Below, one piece after another: positions 19,112 to 27,280 of a stretch of DNA of 54,098 nt. Numbering within the stretch: position 1 is the stretch's first letter; each line of letters starts with the position of its first letter. A program made the translations under genes and the position numbers. The notes beneath the pieces are model-generated. The model made no database searches and was not told where the DNA came from. It was given only the letters and a program-made list of their open reading frames with translations. Source of the stretch: Candidatus Kapaibacterium sp. (lineage in GTDB: Bacteria; Bacteroidota; Ignavibacteria; Kapaibacteriales; Kapaibacteriaceae); contig JAULYI010000259.1 of the NCBI GenBank assembly GCA_032117915.1, forward strand, positions 1-54,098, written 5' to 3'.

Positions 19112-20481
19112 TTGCCGTCCCCAAGCAATACGATATTCTTCCGTGAATGCTTGATATTCTTGGTTGCATTCCGCGTATCGATTACAACCTTGGCATGTCG
19201 CACGATCATGTCAATGTCAAACGACGTATGGTCCGTGGTGATCACGACGACATCGTGTCGCTCAAGGTAGGTCGGCGTTAGCGTCTTCCGCGACTTCAAC
19301 ACCCGGTCATGGACTCGTACTTCCGGAATGTATGGATCGAAGTAGCTCACATTATCGATGCCATCCTCGATAAGGAGCTCCGCAACGCGGAGTGCCGGCG
19401 AATGTCGCAGGTCATCGACGTCACGCTTGAAGGCCATACCCAGCAGCAACACACGAGCCTTGCCCATGGCAACTGGCTGCTTAGCGATCTCGCGCTCGAT
19501 CATGCCGCGCACGTAGAACGGCATTGACTCGTTGACCTCCGCTGCCAACGTGATAAAGTTCGTTACAAAGTCAACCTCCCGAGCCATCCATGACAGGTAA
19601 TACGGATCGATCAGAATGCAGTGACCGCCGATTCCCGGGCCCGGATAGAATGGCATGAAACCAAATGGCTTGGTCGATGCCGCCTGTACAACCTCCCAGA
19701 TGTTCACACCGATACGATCACAGAGCTGTGCAAGCTCGTTAACCAACGCGATGTTCACACTGCGGAATATGTTCTCCAGCAGCTTTTCCATCTCGGCCAC
19801 GGCAGGAGTGCTCACGGGAACCACTTCCGCAATGATGCGCCGATTCACGGCAATGGCAAGGTCCGTGCAAGCCGACGTTACACCACCAACGACAACGGGT
19901 GTATTGTGCGTCGTCCACGTCGTATTCCCCGGATCGATCCGTTCCGGGGAGAATGCCAAAAAGTAGTCCGTACCGCACACCATTCCGGTCCTATCAAGGA
20001 TCGGTTTCACGTACCGTTCCGTTGTTCCAGGAAAGGTCGTGCTCTTGAGAATGATCAGCTGACCAGGTCGCATGTGCGCAGCGATCTCTGTTGTCGCATG
20101 CACGATATGCGAGATGTCGGGATCCTTGTTCGGTGTGAATGGTGTGGGGACGCAGACGTAGATGACATCACAGTCTTTCACTGCCTCAAACGATGTTGTG
20201 GCCGACAGCGTACGACTCTTTTTCACACAATCACGTACGACAGCATCGTCGATATCCTGAATGTAATTCTTCCCTGCAGACAGCGACTTGACCTTTGATG
20301 ACGAGACGTCGATGCCGATCGTCTTGACGCCGTCTCGCGCAAACTCAACCGCAAGGGGAAGGCCTACGTAGCCAAGGCCAACGACACCAACGGTGAACGA
20401 TCCGTCCAGAATGGATTGCATGAGCTTCTGCTCGGGTTTGCTTACATGGAGACGCGGACGTCCCCGACGGCGCAAGGCCAT
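19108..20481 (-). CDS. Nucleotide-sugar 6-dehydrogenase (UDP-N-acetyl-hexosamine dehydrogenase type, WbpA/WecC-like)
   Basis: NAD fold VGVVGLGYVGLPLAVEFA, catalytic-Cys region PGPGIGGHCILIDPYYL, and a UDP-glucose/GDP-mannose dehydrogenase family layout. ATG 20481 lies 3 nt after the rfbB stop; an alternative ATG is at 20421. Adjacency to wecB suggests UDP-ManNAcA or a related uronic acid. Confidence 0.85.
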   Translation of the reverse strand: MALRRRGRPRLHVSKPEQKLMQSILDGSFTVGVVGLGYVGLPLAVEFARDGVKTIGIDVSSSKVKSLSAGKNYIQDIDDAVVRDCVKKSRTLSATTSFEAVKDCDVIYVCVPTPFTPNKDPDISHIVHATTEIAAHMRPGQLIILKSTTFPGTTERYVKPILDRTGMVCGTDYFLAFSPERIDPGNTTWTTHNTPVVVGGVTSACTDLAIAVNRRIIAEVVPVSTPAVAEMEKLLENIFRSVNIALVNELAQLCDRIGVNIWEVVQAASTKPFGFMPFYPGPGIGGHCILIDPYYLSWMAREVDFVTNFITLAAEVNESMPFYVRGMIEREIAKQPVAMGKARVLLLGMAFKRDVDDLRHSPALRVAELLIEDGIDNVSYFDPYIPEVRVHDRVLKSRKTLTPTYLERHDVVVITTDHTSFDIDMIVRHAKVVIDTRNATKNIKHSRKNIVLLGDGK

Positions 20482-20484
20482 GAA

Positions 20485-21501
20485 TTACCTCGGTAGGGAT
20501 GTTGATTCGATCGTATTCAGTCTGTAGGCACCGCTTTTGATGCGGTCACACCAGTCCGTATGCTCGGCATACCAATGGATGGTCTGCTCAAGCGATGTAT
20601 TCCAGTCATGTTCGGGTCGCCATCCGAGTTCCGTCCGGATCAGCGTTGCGTCCACCGCATAGCGTCTGTCGTGGCCGGGCCTATCGGTAACGTGGTGCAG
20701 GAGCGTTTCGTCCTTTCCTACGATCGTAAGGATCTCCCGTGCCACATTAATGTTGTAGCGCTCATTCGCAGGGCCGATGTTATACACTGCCCCCTTTCGT
20801 CCGCGCTCATACGCGAGCATGACGCCCGCGCAGTGATCATCAACATGGATCCAATCGCGGATCTGCTTTCCATCACCATAGATGGGAAGGGGCGTTGATG
20901 ACAGTGCGTTGAGGATCATGACGGGCAGGAACTTTTCAGGGAACTGATACGGCCCGTAGTTATTGGTGCACCGTGTGATGACGGCGTCAACGCCGTGGGT
21001 ACGCACGAAGGACTGGACAAGCAGGTCGGCCGATGCCTTTGATGCCGAGTATGGCGAGCTCGTGTGGATCGCTGCCGACTCGTCCACTGCCGGCTGGTCG
21101 GCGGCCAGATCGCCATACACTTCGTCGGTGGACATCTGCAGGAATCGCAGTCCGTACTCCCGTGCGGCCTCAAGTAGAACGAGCGTCCCCATGACATTGG
21201 TCGTAATGAACGGCGCTGCCGAAGTAATGCTACGGTCAACATGAGACTCGGCAGCACAGTTGATGATGCCGCATACATTATGATCGGTGATGATCGACCG
21301 GACGATCGTGGCGTCGATGATATCACCGTGTACAACGGTCATCCGTGTACGGTCAACACCATCGAGATTCTCGAGATTGCCGGCATACGTCAGTGCATCC
21401 AGCACAACCACATTGTACTCCGTGGTAGCAAGCACACGACGTACAAGATTGCATCCGATGAATCCGGCACCGCCCGTGATAAGGATCGATGATGTTGCCA
21501 T
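20485..21501 (-). CDS. rfbB: dTDP-glucose 4,6-dehydratase
   Basis: ORF 20485..21537, canonical start ATG 21501 (MATSSILITGGAGFIGCNLV). Motifs DALTYAGNLENL, STDEVYG and the YxxxK motif in PYSASKASADLLV. Extended SDR fold. Confidence 0.9.
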   Translation of the reverse strand: MATSSILITGGAGFIGCNLVRRVLATTEYNVVVLDALTYAGNLENLDGVDRTRMTVVHGDIIDATIVRSIITDHNVCGIINCAAESHVDRSITSAAPFITTNVMGTLVLLEAAREYGLRFLQMSTDEVYGDLAADQPAVDESAAIHTSSPYSASKASADLLVQSFVRTHGVDAVITRCTNNYGPYQFPEKFLPVMILNALSSTPLPIYGDGKQIRDWIHVDDHCAGVMLAYERGRKGAVYNIGPANERYNINVAREILTIVGKDETLLHHVTDRPGHDRRYAVDATLIRTELGWRPEHDWNTSLEQTIHWYAEHTDWCDRIKSGAYRLNTIESTSLPR

Positions 21502-21620
21502 GAGATTTTCTGCCCGCAAAAACGTAATTCCCCACAAGACAATACCGCAATGGTATGCGGCTCGCAGAGCATTCCCGACGATGTCGGGGAAATAATCGTG
21601 TCGAATCTACAAAAATCGGG

Positions 21621-23129
21621 TCACCCGCCTGCGGGACGGCCGATGAGCCGCATCACGCAGGCTGCAAGGGAGGGCATCGTATCCGAATAGGTGTAGACCG
21701 ACATGGCAGATGGCAGAGATTCCATGCCGTACGGGCTACCGCATGAGACCACGATGATGGGCTTGCCCGCTGCGATACGCTGCATGACGTCGGGGATCCG
21801 TTCATGGCTGGTCATGGACCCGCGATAGGCAACGGCACTTCCGAAAAACGAAAAGATGATAACGGATGCATCTGCCACACCACTTGCCATGGTGTCGCAC
21901 TCCTCGTCACTGATGCTACCATCGATAAACGCGAAATCGCTATTCCCCTCCGTGGCCTGTGCGAGATAGTTGCACCAGGTGGTTGCGGCGTCGGCCTCAC
22001 GCTCATCGATCACGGCAAACGCCGCAAATGGCTGCGTTGAACCCAGGGGAAGCAGCGAGGTATCCCCGTTGATACGGATGGCTGCATCGGCAGCCAGCAA
22101 GGCCATATGAGCATGCGACGACAGATCGACAGGTGGTTGCTGCTGCTCCGACGGGAGCGGACGAACAAAGCGTCGTGCGACCTCCCATCGACGTTCGGAG
22201 TCGTCGAGACGGTCCATACCGATCCGCTCCGATTCCAGAGCATTCGACAGTGCCTCGATAGCCTCGATCGGATCATCGGGGAGCAACAAGACGTCGTTGC
22301 CGGCCTCGAATGCGAGTACTGCGGCATCACCGGCGTTGTACGAGGTCGTGATCGCACGCATATCAAGGGCATCGGTCGTCACCAGACCGTCGAAGCCCCA
22401 TGATGTTCTTACCAGATCGGAAATGACCGTGGGAGAAAGCGATGCAGGACGATCCGGATCCAGGAACGGTACCAGGATGTGCCCCATCATGAGGCTGGCA
22501 ACTCCGGCATCGATCGCTGCCCTGAAGGGCAGGAACTCCCGCGTCTCGGCGACCTCCCGCGTGATGGCGATCGTAGGCATTGCCATGTGGGAGTCCACGG
22601 CCGTATCACCGTGGCCGGGAACGTGCTTTGCACAGGCCATCACCCGCTGCGACTGCGTGCCCCGTACGTAGGCCTCGACATGTCTGGCTACGGTATCTGG
22701 CGTTTCGCCAAAGGCACGGGTATTGATGATCGGGTTACTCGGGTCCGAATTGATGTCACATACCGGTGCGAAGTTCCAGAACACGCCCAAAGCCCGGGCC
22801 TCTTGGGCGATGGCTGCAGCGACGTGCTCCGTGATGCCTGGGAGTGTCCTTCCTAGAGCCATAGCTCGAGGAAAGGCGATACCACCGTCCAGACGCATCG
22901 GCAGGCCGTGCTCGTAGTCAGCCGCAAACAGAAGGCGTCTGCCTCCCCGAGTGCGCAGATCCTCGATCATCCGCGCCGTTTCGTCGAGTCCACCAAGGAA
23001 GACGCCGATGCCTCCGACCCCCTCGTCGACAAGACGGTACAGCGCATCACGGTAGGTCGAGTCGTGCCACGAACGCGCGTCGGCACGGGGGATGATCAGG
23101 CCGGCAGCCCGGCGGCGGAGTTCAGACAT
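21621..23129 (-). CDS. nagZ: Beta-N-acetylhexosaminidase, glycoside hydrolase family 3 (NagZ-like, with C-terminal extension domain)
   Basis: ORF 21621..23336, likely start ATG 23129 (MSELRRRAAGLIIPR). GH3 motifs FAADYEHGLPMRL, FAPVCDINSDPSNPIINTRAFG, AKHVPGHGDTAVDSHMAMP, GLVTTDALDM. Confidence 0.85.
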   Translation of the reverse strand: MSELRRRAAGLIIPRADARSWHDSTYRDALYRLVDEGVGGIGVFLGGLDETARMIEDLRTRGGRRLLFAADYEHGLPMRLDGGIAFPRAMALGRTLPGITEHVAAAIAQEARALGVFWNFAPVCDINSDPSNPIINTRAFGETPDTVARHVEAYVRGTQSQRVMACAKHVPGHGDTAVDSHMAMPTIAITREVAETREFLPFRAAIDAGVASLMMGHILVPFLDPDRPASLSPTVISDLVRTSWGFDGLVTTDALDMRAITTSYNAGDAAVLAFEAGNDVLLLPDDPIEAIEALSNALESERIGMDRLDDSERRWEVARRFVRPLPSEQQQPPVDLSSHAHMALLAADAAIRINGDTSLLPLGSTQPFAAFAVIDEREADAATTWCNYLAQATEGNSDFAFIDGSISDEECDTMASGVADASVIIFSFFGSAVAYRGSMTSHERIPDVMQRIAAGKPIIVVSCGSPYGMESLPSAMSVYTYSDTMPSLAACVMRLIGRPAGG

Positions 23130-23171
23130 GGACGCAAGATCACATTTTTTTCGATGATCGTTCCGGAGGCT

Positions 23172-23196
23172 GTAACATCTCCACGCTCTTGACGTC
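23172..23196 (+). promoter_or_regulatory. Candidate ECF-type (autoregulated) promoter: GTAAC-N16-CGTC
   Basis: tGTAAC (23172..23176), a 16-nt spacer, then CGTC (23193..23196). It ends 31 nt upstream of the sigma-factor ATG and resembles the generic ECF GGAAC-N16/17-CGT consensus. Pattern match only. Confidence 0.35.
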
Positions 23197-23227
23197 GTTA
23201 CAAGCCGACACACTCCATCAGTGAACC

Positions 23228-23824
23228 ATGGCCATTGGTATGACACGGCGAGCAACAAGGACGGTTGACGATGAGACGACCGACCTTGAGCTCTATGCAC
23301 GACTGGCGCGCGACGAGGCAATGGCACGCCAGGCACTGTCGCAGTTATACCGCAGGTATTCCCAGCGCATCTATACCTACTGCCGTAAGGTAACGGGTGA
23401 CAGTGTGGCGGCCGAGGACCTGTTACAGGAGACCTTTGTTCGGCTGTTCGAGGCCGGTAAGAAGGGTCGCGAACTGGACAACTTCCCCGCCTACCTGATG
23501 ACGATCGCCCGCAACATGTGTCTTACCCACAGAGCGCGGAATCAGCGAGCCCTTGTTCCCGTCGAAGACTTCCACTTGACGGTTCGAGACGTGCCCTACG
23601 AGCAGCAGGAGCTGCTTCAACTCATTCAAGCCTCGCTCGAGCTCCTGCCCGAGGACTATCGAGAGGCGTTCGTGTTGCGTGAATACAACGGACTGACATA
23701 CCAGGAGATCTCCGAGGTCATCGGCCAGTCCATCGATGTTGTGAAAGTGAGGATCTTCCGAGCAAAGAAGAAACTGCGCGACATCCTTGCCCCCTATCTC
23801 AAAGACTTGAACTCTCTATCATAA
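23228..23824 (+). CDS. RNA polymerase sigma factor, ECF (sigma-70 group 4) family
   Basis: Region 2: LSQLYRRYSQRIYTYCRKVTGDSVAAEDLLQETFVRLF. Region 4: EDYREAFVLREYNGLTYQEISEVIGQSIDVVKVRIFRAKKKLRDIL. Confidence 0.92.
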   Translation: MAIGMTRRATRTVDDETTDLELYARLARDEAMARQALSQLYRRYSQRIYTYCRKVTGDSVAAEDLLQETFVRLFEAGKKGRELDNFPAYLMTIARNMCLTHRARNQRALVPVEDFHLTVRDVPYEQQELLQLIQASLELLPEDYREAFVLREYNGLTYQEISEVIGQSIDVVKVRIFRAKKKLRDILAPYLKDLNSLS

Positions 23825-23830
23825 GCTGCC

Positions 23831-25066
23831 ATGCATTCTCTGCTTCCGTTGACTCCTGAAGAATCGCTCTATGCATTCATGGACGGTGAACTTGACGTCG
23901 ATCACGAACAAGGACTCTTCGATGCCCTTGCCGGTGATGTCTCGTTGCGCCGCGAAATGAAAGACCTGCTCACGATCCGCAGCGCTGTTCATCGCGACGT
24001 GATCGCTCCCCCACCAACGGTCGAAACTCGCATTCTTGCCGGCGCAGGCCTGTTGTCCGCTGGTAGTACCGTTGCCGGCACTGCTGCCGCCAGCGCAACG
24101 TCGACGTCCGCTGCGACAGCCGTAGTCGGTTCGCGATTCCCTTGGTCACATCTCGGTGTTGGCCTTTCAGGCATGGTGGCCGGCATCATCCTTGCCATGT
24201 TCCTGTTTGACAGTGGCTCTGATGCAACACAACCTGTGTCCCGTGCATCCATCACAGCACCATCAACGCCAACGGATACGCCGCCGGAGAAACCGCAGGT
24301 TACACGTACTCCGCCGGCCGCGCAGCAGGCGTCGGCACCCACGATCGTGTATATCTACCGCGACCGTCCCGTTGATGCCGCAACCAGGACGTCCGCGGAT
24401 GGGCCGGTACTGATACAGACCGCACCGGAAAACGCCGATGATGTAACGGAATCCACGATGATCGAGCGAGCAGAACCACGGCCGATACAACTTGGAATGA
24501 CGTCTGCCTACACGCCCATGCCTGCGGCCTCCGTGATCCGCGATCAATACCCATCGCCCCTTGCCGATGTCCACGTTCGCATGCGGGCCTTACCGAGCGG
24601 TGTGATCAACACGGAACCGATGCCTGCCAGCATTCGACAAACGCTGATGGCAAATCAAGCCTTTGGTGTATCTATCCCCATCGACAGCAGACAACGTATC
24701 GGCCTGGAAATGGCCAACGAATCGTTCCGACAGGTCTTTGGCGGTACGGTCGATGAACGCTCCGTGACCTATACACAAACACCAACCCTGTTCTGGCTTG
24801 GAGCGACGTATGCCGTACGCCCCTTCGATTCGTTCGTGATACCGGGTCTTCAACCCTTTGCCGAATTGATGCTTGGCAGTGTCATCGATCAGGGACCGAT
24901 CACGCACGGCACGCTTGGCCTCATCTACCGTCCGGCTGGCCCTATCGCCGTGACGGCCGGGCTCAACGGCTCGGCCATGTTCTACCGCCATGCGTCGAAT
25001 TGGTACACCAGTACGAAGTGGGGGCTCACCTACGGGATCATGATCGACCTTGGACGTCTACAGTAA
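23831..25066 (+). CDS. Putative anti-sigma factor (RseA-like N-terminus, one TM helix, Pro/Thr-rich linker, beta-barrel-like C-terminal region)
   Basis: It starts 6 nt after the sigma gene. The N-terminus LYAFMDGELDVDHEQGLFDALAGDVSLRREMKDLLTIRSAVHRD parallels E. coli RseA LSALMDGE..ELLNELAHNPEMQKTWESYHLIRDSMRGD (from memory). TM helix GVGLSGMVAGIILAMFLF at residues ~106-126. P/T/A-rich residues ~130-260. The C-terminal ~140-165 aa show alternating hydrophobic and Gly/aromatic strands. Confidence 0.65.
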   Translation: MHSLLPLTPEESLYAFMDGELDVDHEQGLFDALAGDVSLRREMKDLLTIRSAVHRDVIAPPPTVETRILAGAGLLSAGSTVAGTAAASATSTSAATAVVGSRFPWSHLGVGLSGMVAGIILAMFLFDSGSDATQPVSRASITAPSTPTDTPPEKPQVTRTPPAAQQASAPTIVYIYRDRPVDAATRTSADGPVLIQTAPENADDVTESTMIERAEPRPIQLGMTSAYTPMPAASVIRDQYPSPLADVHVRMRALPSGVINTEPMPASIRQTLMANQAFGVSIPIDSRQRIGLEMANESFRQVFGGTVDERSVTYTQTPTLFWLGATYAVRPFDSFVIPGLQPFAELMLGSVIDQGPITHGTLGLIYRPAGPIAVTAGLNGSAMFYRHASNWYTSTKWGLTYGIMIDLGRLQ

Positions 25067-25067
25067 C

Positions 25068-25637
25068 ATGCAAACCCTACCAGCCATCCTTACCCTGATC
25101 CTCATCATTAGCGCGTGCTCGTCACCGCTGGAGCTGGATGTTGACCGCACGCTGTCCTATAACGATGGTCTTGTGCAGCCCAAACGCATGTCGCTGCTGT
25201 ACTACTATGGCGACAGTGCGTATGAGGCCCTGTACGTTGATACAACGTTCCTATCAACGGTGCTCATCGACACCACCACACGCCCATACAGGGTGACGAT
25301 TCCGCAGATGAATACGCCGCTCTTCCCGTGTAAGGCTACGGAAGATCAGACTCCACTGGTACGCGGCTTCGGTTTCTCCATTACCAAGCATCCGTGCAAC
25401 GAACAACTCACAGCAATCACAAACCCGTACACGTATATCAGTGTCGAACTGCTCGATATCAACGGTCAGCGCTCCGATCAGGACTGGACGGTCGGGACAC
25501 GAGGAACCCGCTTCTACGTTGGGTTACTGGCAAGTCCGGAGAACAGACTAATCAAGGGACGACTAACGATACACGTACCCGATCCGGACCGACCGAGAAC
25601 ACTCACCTATCATGGCGTACTGACGATAGAGTACTAG
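25068..25637 (+). CDS. Hypothetical lipoprotein (third gene of the ECF module)
   Basis: ORF 25050..25637. ATG 25068 lies 1 nt after the upstream stop and gives MQTLPAILTLILIISAC (lipobox). I recognise no family. Confidence 0.6.
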   Translation: MQTLPAILTLILIISACSSPLELDVDRTLSYNDGLVQPKRMSLLYYYGDSAYEALYVDTTFLSTVLIDTTTRPYRVTIPQMNTPLFPCKATEDQTPLVRGFGFSITKHPCNEQLTAITNPYTYISVELLDINGQRSDQDWTVGTRGTRFYVGLLASPENRLIKGRLTIHVPDPDRPRTLTYHGVLTIEY

Positions 25638-25648
25638 ACCGGATCGAT

Positions 25649-26146
25649 TTAGTCGATGAACCGCGTCGCGGAGCCCTCGAACTCCCTGATCAACGTGCGG
25701 TATGAGTCAGGAATTCGCTCGGGACCATGGGACGCCGGATTAAGGTGTACGAGGACGCTCTTTGCCGTGGCAAGGATCACCCCGTCCTCTCGACGGATAA
25801 CGTGTTCAAATCCGAACGACGAATTCTTGACGAAGCTGATGCGGGTGAAGACCGTATATGCGTCATCAAACTGTGCGGCATGCACGTAGTCGATCTCCGT
25901 CTTCACCACCACAAAGCGGTGCTTGGTAACAAAGGACTGACGGTCGATCGGGACTCCCAGATCCCGGAAGTACTCAATGCGAGCAGCCTCGAGCCAGTAG
26001 AGATAGATCGCATTGTGCACAATGCTCTGCCTGTCCACATCGTAGGAGCGGACACGACTGTTGAGCTTATGGTTGAAGACGCCGTATCCCTCGATCTCGT
26101 TCGGGCCGTGCTGTATGGTGGCTTCGTTGCTCTCTGAGACTGCCAT
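25649..26146 (-). CDS. Acyl-CoA thioesterase, hotdog fold (YbgC/4HBT-like)
   Basis: SRVRSYDVDRQSIVHNAIYLYWLEAARIEYFRDLG matches the YbgC-type pattern (v.v.yeDtD..g.V.ha.Yl.y.e.AR.e.lr..G). The size of 165 aa fits. Confidence 0.78.
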   Translation of the reverse strand: MAVSESNEATIQHGPNEIEGYGVFNHKLNSRVRSYDVDRQSIVHNAIYLYWLEAARIEYFRDLGVPIDRQSFVTKHRFVVVKTEIDYVHAAQFDDAYTVFTRISFVKNSSFGFEHVIRREDGVILATAKSVLVHLNPASHGPERIPDSYRTLIREFEGSATRFID

Positions 26147-26176
26147 GGTGGTATGCTGTTGGTGACGGCAACAAAA

Positions 26177-27205
26177 CTACGGAAGTGACGACAGTACGTC
26201 GTTGACGATATCAGCAGCAGTTACGGCTTCGTCGATACTGATCTGGTGGTAGAACACAACCCGCATTGTACCGGGTTTGATGGGGGCAAGGCGAAGTCCA
26301 CGATGCGCACACTCATGAACGAACGTACGGTCGTCCACATTGGTCACACGGAACATGACGATGTTAGACTGAACCCGCCACGACTCGAGCGACACACGTT
26401 CGTGTCCTGCAATCCGATGGGCAAACGTCAGCGCTTTTTCATGGTCGTGCTTCAGTGTGGGCTCGATCACGTCCAAGGCATACATGGCCGCTGCCGCCAG
26501 CACGCCAGACTGACGTAAGCCGCCGCCAAGCATCTTCCTCCAACGCCGCGCTTCGTCGATCATCGTCCGGCTGCCAAGAATAAGCGATCCGACTGGCGCT
26601 CCAAGGCCCTTCGAAAGACAGACACTCATGGTGTCGAAGAGTCGGCCGTATTCAGCGTAGGCTGTTCCTGTTGCAGCAGCAGCATTCCATATCCGGGCAC
26701 CATCGCAGTGCAACGGCAGCTGCAGATCATCGCACAGTGCACGCAATGCCGTGATCTGCGTTGTGGACATGACCGTGCCGCCGTGACGGTTGTGGGTGTT
26801 CTCGACGGCCACCAGCGACGTGCGCGGATAGTAGTAGGCCGAGGGGCGTACCGCGTCCCTGACAGCAGCAATGGGTAACGCTCCGTCTTCCGTACGTATC
26901 GGATGGATCTGTGCCCGGGCGATCACACTGGCGGCAGCATTCTCGTAATGGAATATATGCGCATCGGCATCCGCAATGATCTCGTCGCCCGTCCGCGTAT
27001 GCAGGGCCAAACAGATCTGATTGCCCATGGTTCCGGACGGAACAAAGAGTGCTGCTTCCTTATCGAACAACGACGCTACACGTTCTTGCAGCGCGTTGAT
27101 CGTGGGGTCCTCAGCATAAATGTCATCGCCGACGGCAGCACGGGCCATCGACTCGCGCATACCCTCGTCAGGCACGGTCAGTGTATCACTTCGAAGATCG
27201 ATCAT
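26177..27205 (-). CDS. ltaE: Low-specificity L-threonine aldolase (PLP-dependent)
   Basis: ORF 26177..27262, start ATG 27205 (MIDLRSDTLTVPDEGMRESMARAAVGDDIYAEDPT). PSGTMGNQICL. PLP-lysine region SVCLSKGLGAPVGS. Confidence 0.85.
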   Translation of the reverse strand: MIDLRSDTLTVPDEGMRESMARAAVGDDIYAEDPTINALQERVASLFDKEAALFVPSGTMGNQICLALHTRTGDEIIADADAHIFHYENAAASVIARAQIHPIRTEDGALPIAAVRDAVRPSAYYYPRTSLVAVENTHNRHGGTVMSTTQITALRALCDDLQLPLHCDGARIWNAAAATGTAYAEYGRLFDTMSVCLSKGLGAPVGSLILGSRTMIDEARRWRKMLGGGLRQSGVLAAAAMYALDVIEPTLKHDHEKALTFAHRIAGHERVSLESWRVQSNIVMFRVTNVDDRTFVHECAHRGLRLAPIKPGTMRVVFYHQISIDEAVTAADIVNDVLSSLP

Positions 27206-27280
27206 GGACGAAGATACCGCACCTGCCGTATGTTCGCACACGGTCAAGTACGGAACACGCAACGACGGAACCTCAGCTTT

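Noticed and set aside
21502-21620. Bacteroidetes-type promoter (TAnnTTTG) and small hairpins upstream of rfbB / downstream of nagZ
   Set aside because: TACGTTTTTG is only an approximate match, with no properly spaced -33 element. The hairpins have stems of at most 8 bp with a G-U pair or mismatch and lack T-tracts. This is too weak to report as features.
23130-23336. Upstream extensions of tracked ORFs: nagZ to 23336, the beta-CASP gene to 5234, aspA to 3834, the GT2 fusion to 11466, rsmE to 42243
   Set aside because: The extensions run into neighbouring genes or promoters and add sequence without family similarity. Internal ATG or GTG codons give canonical N-termini and ATGA-type coupling with the upstream stops.
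26903-27280. N-terminal ~125 codons of the 679-aa ORF 26903..28942
   Set aside because: This part is antisense to the well-supported ltaE gene, and its translation has no acyl-CoA synthetase similarity. The real gene most likely starts at ATG 27281 or 27374.
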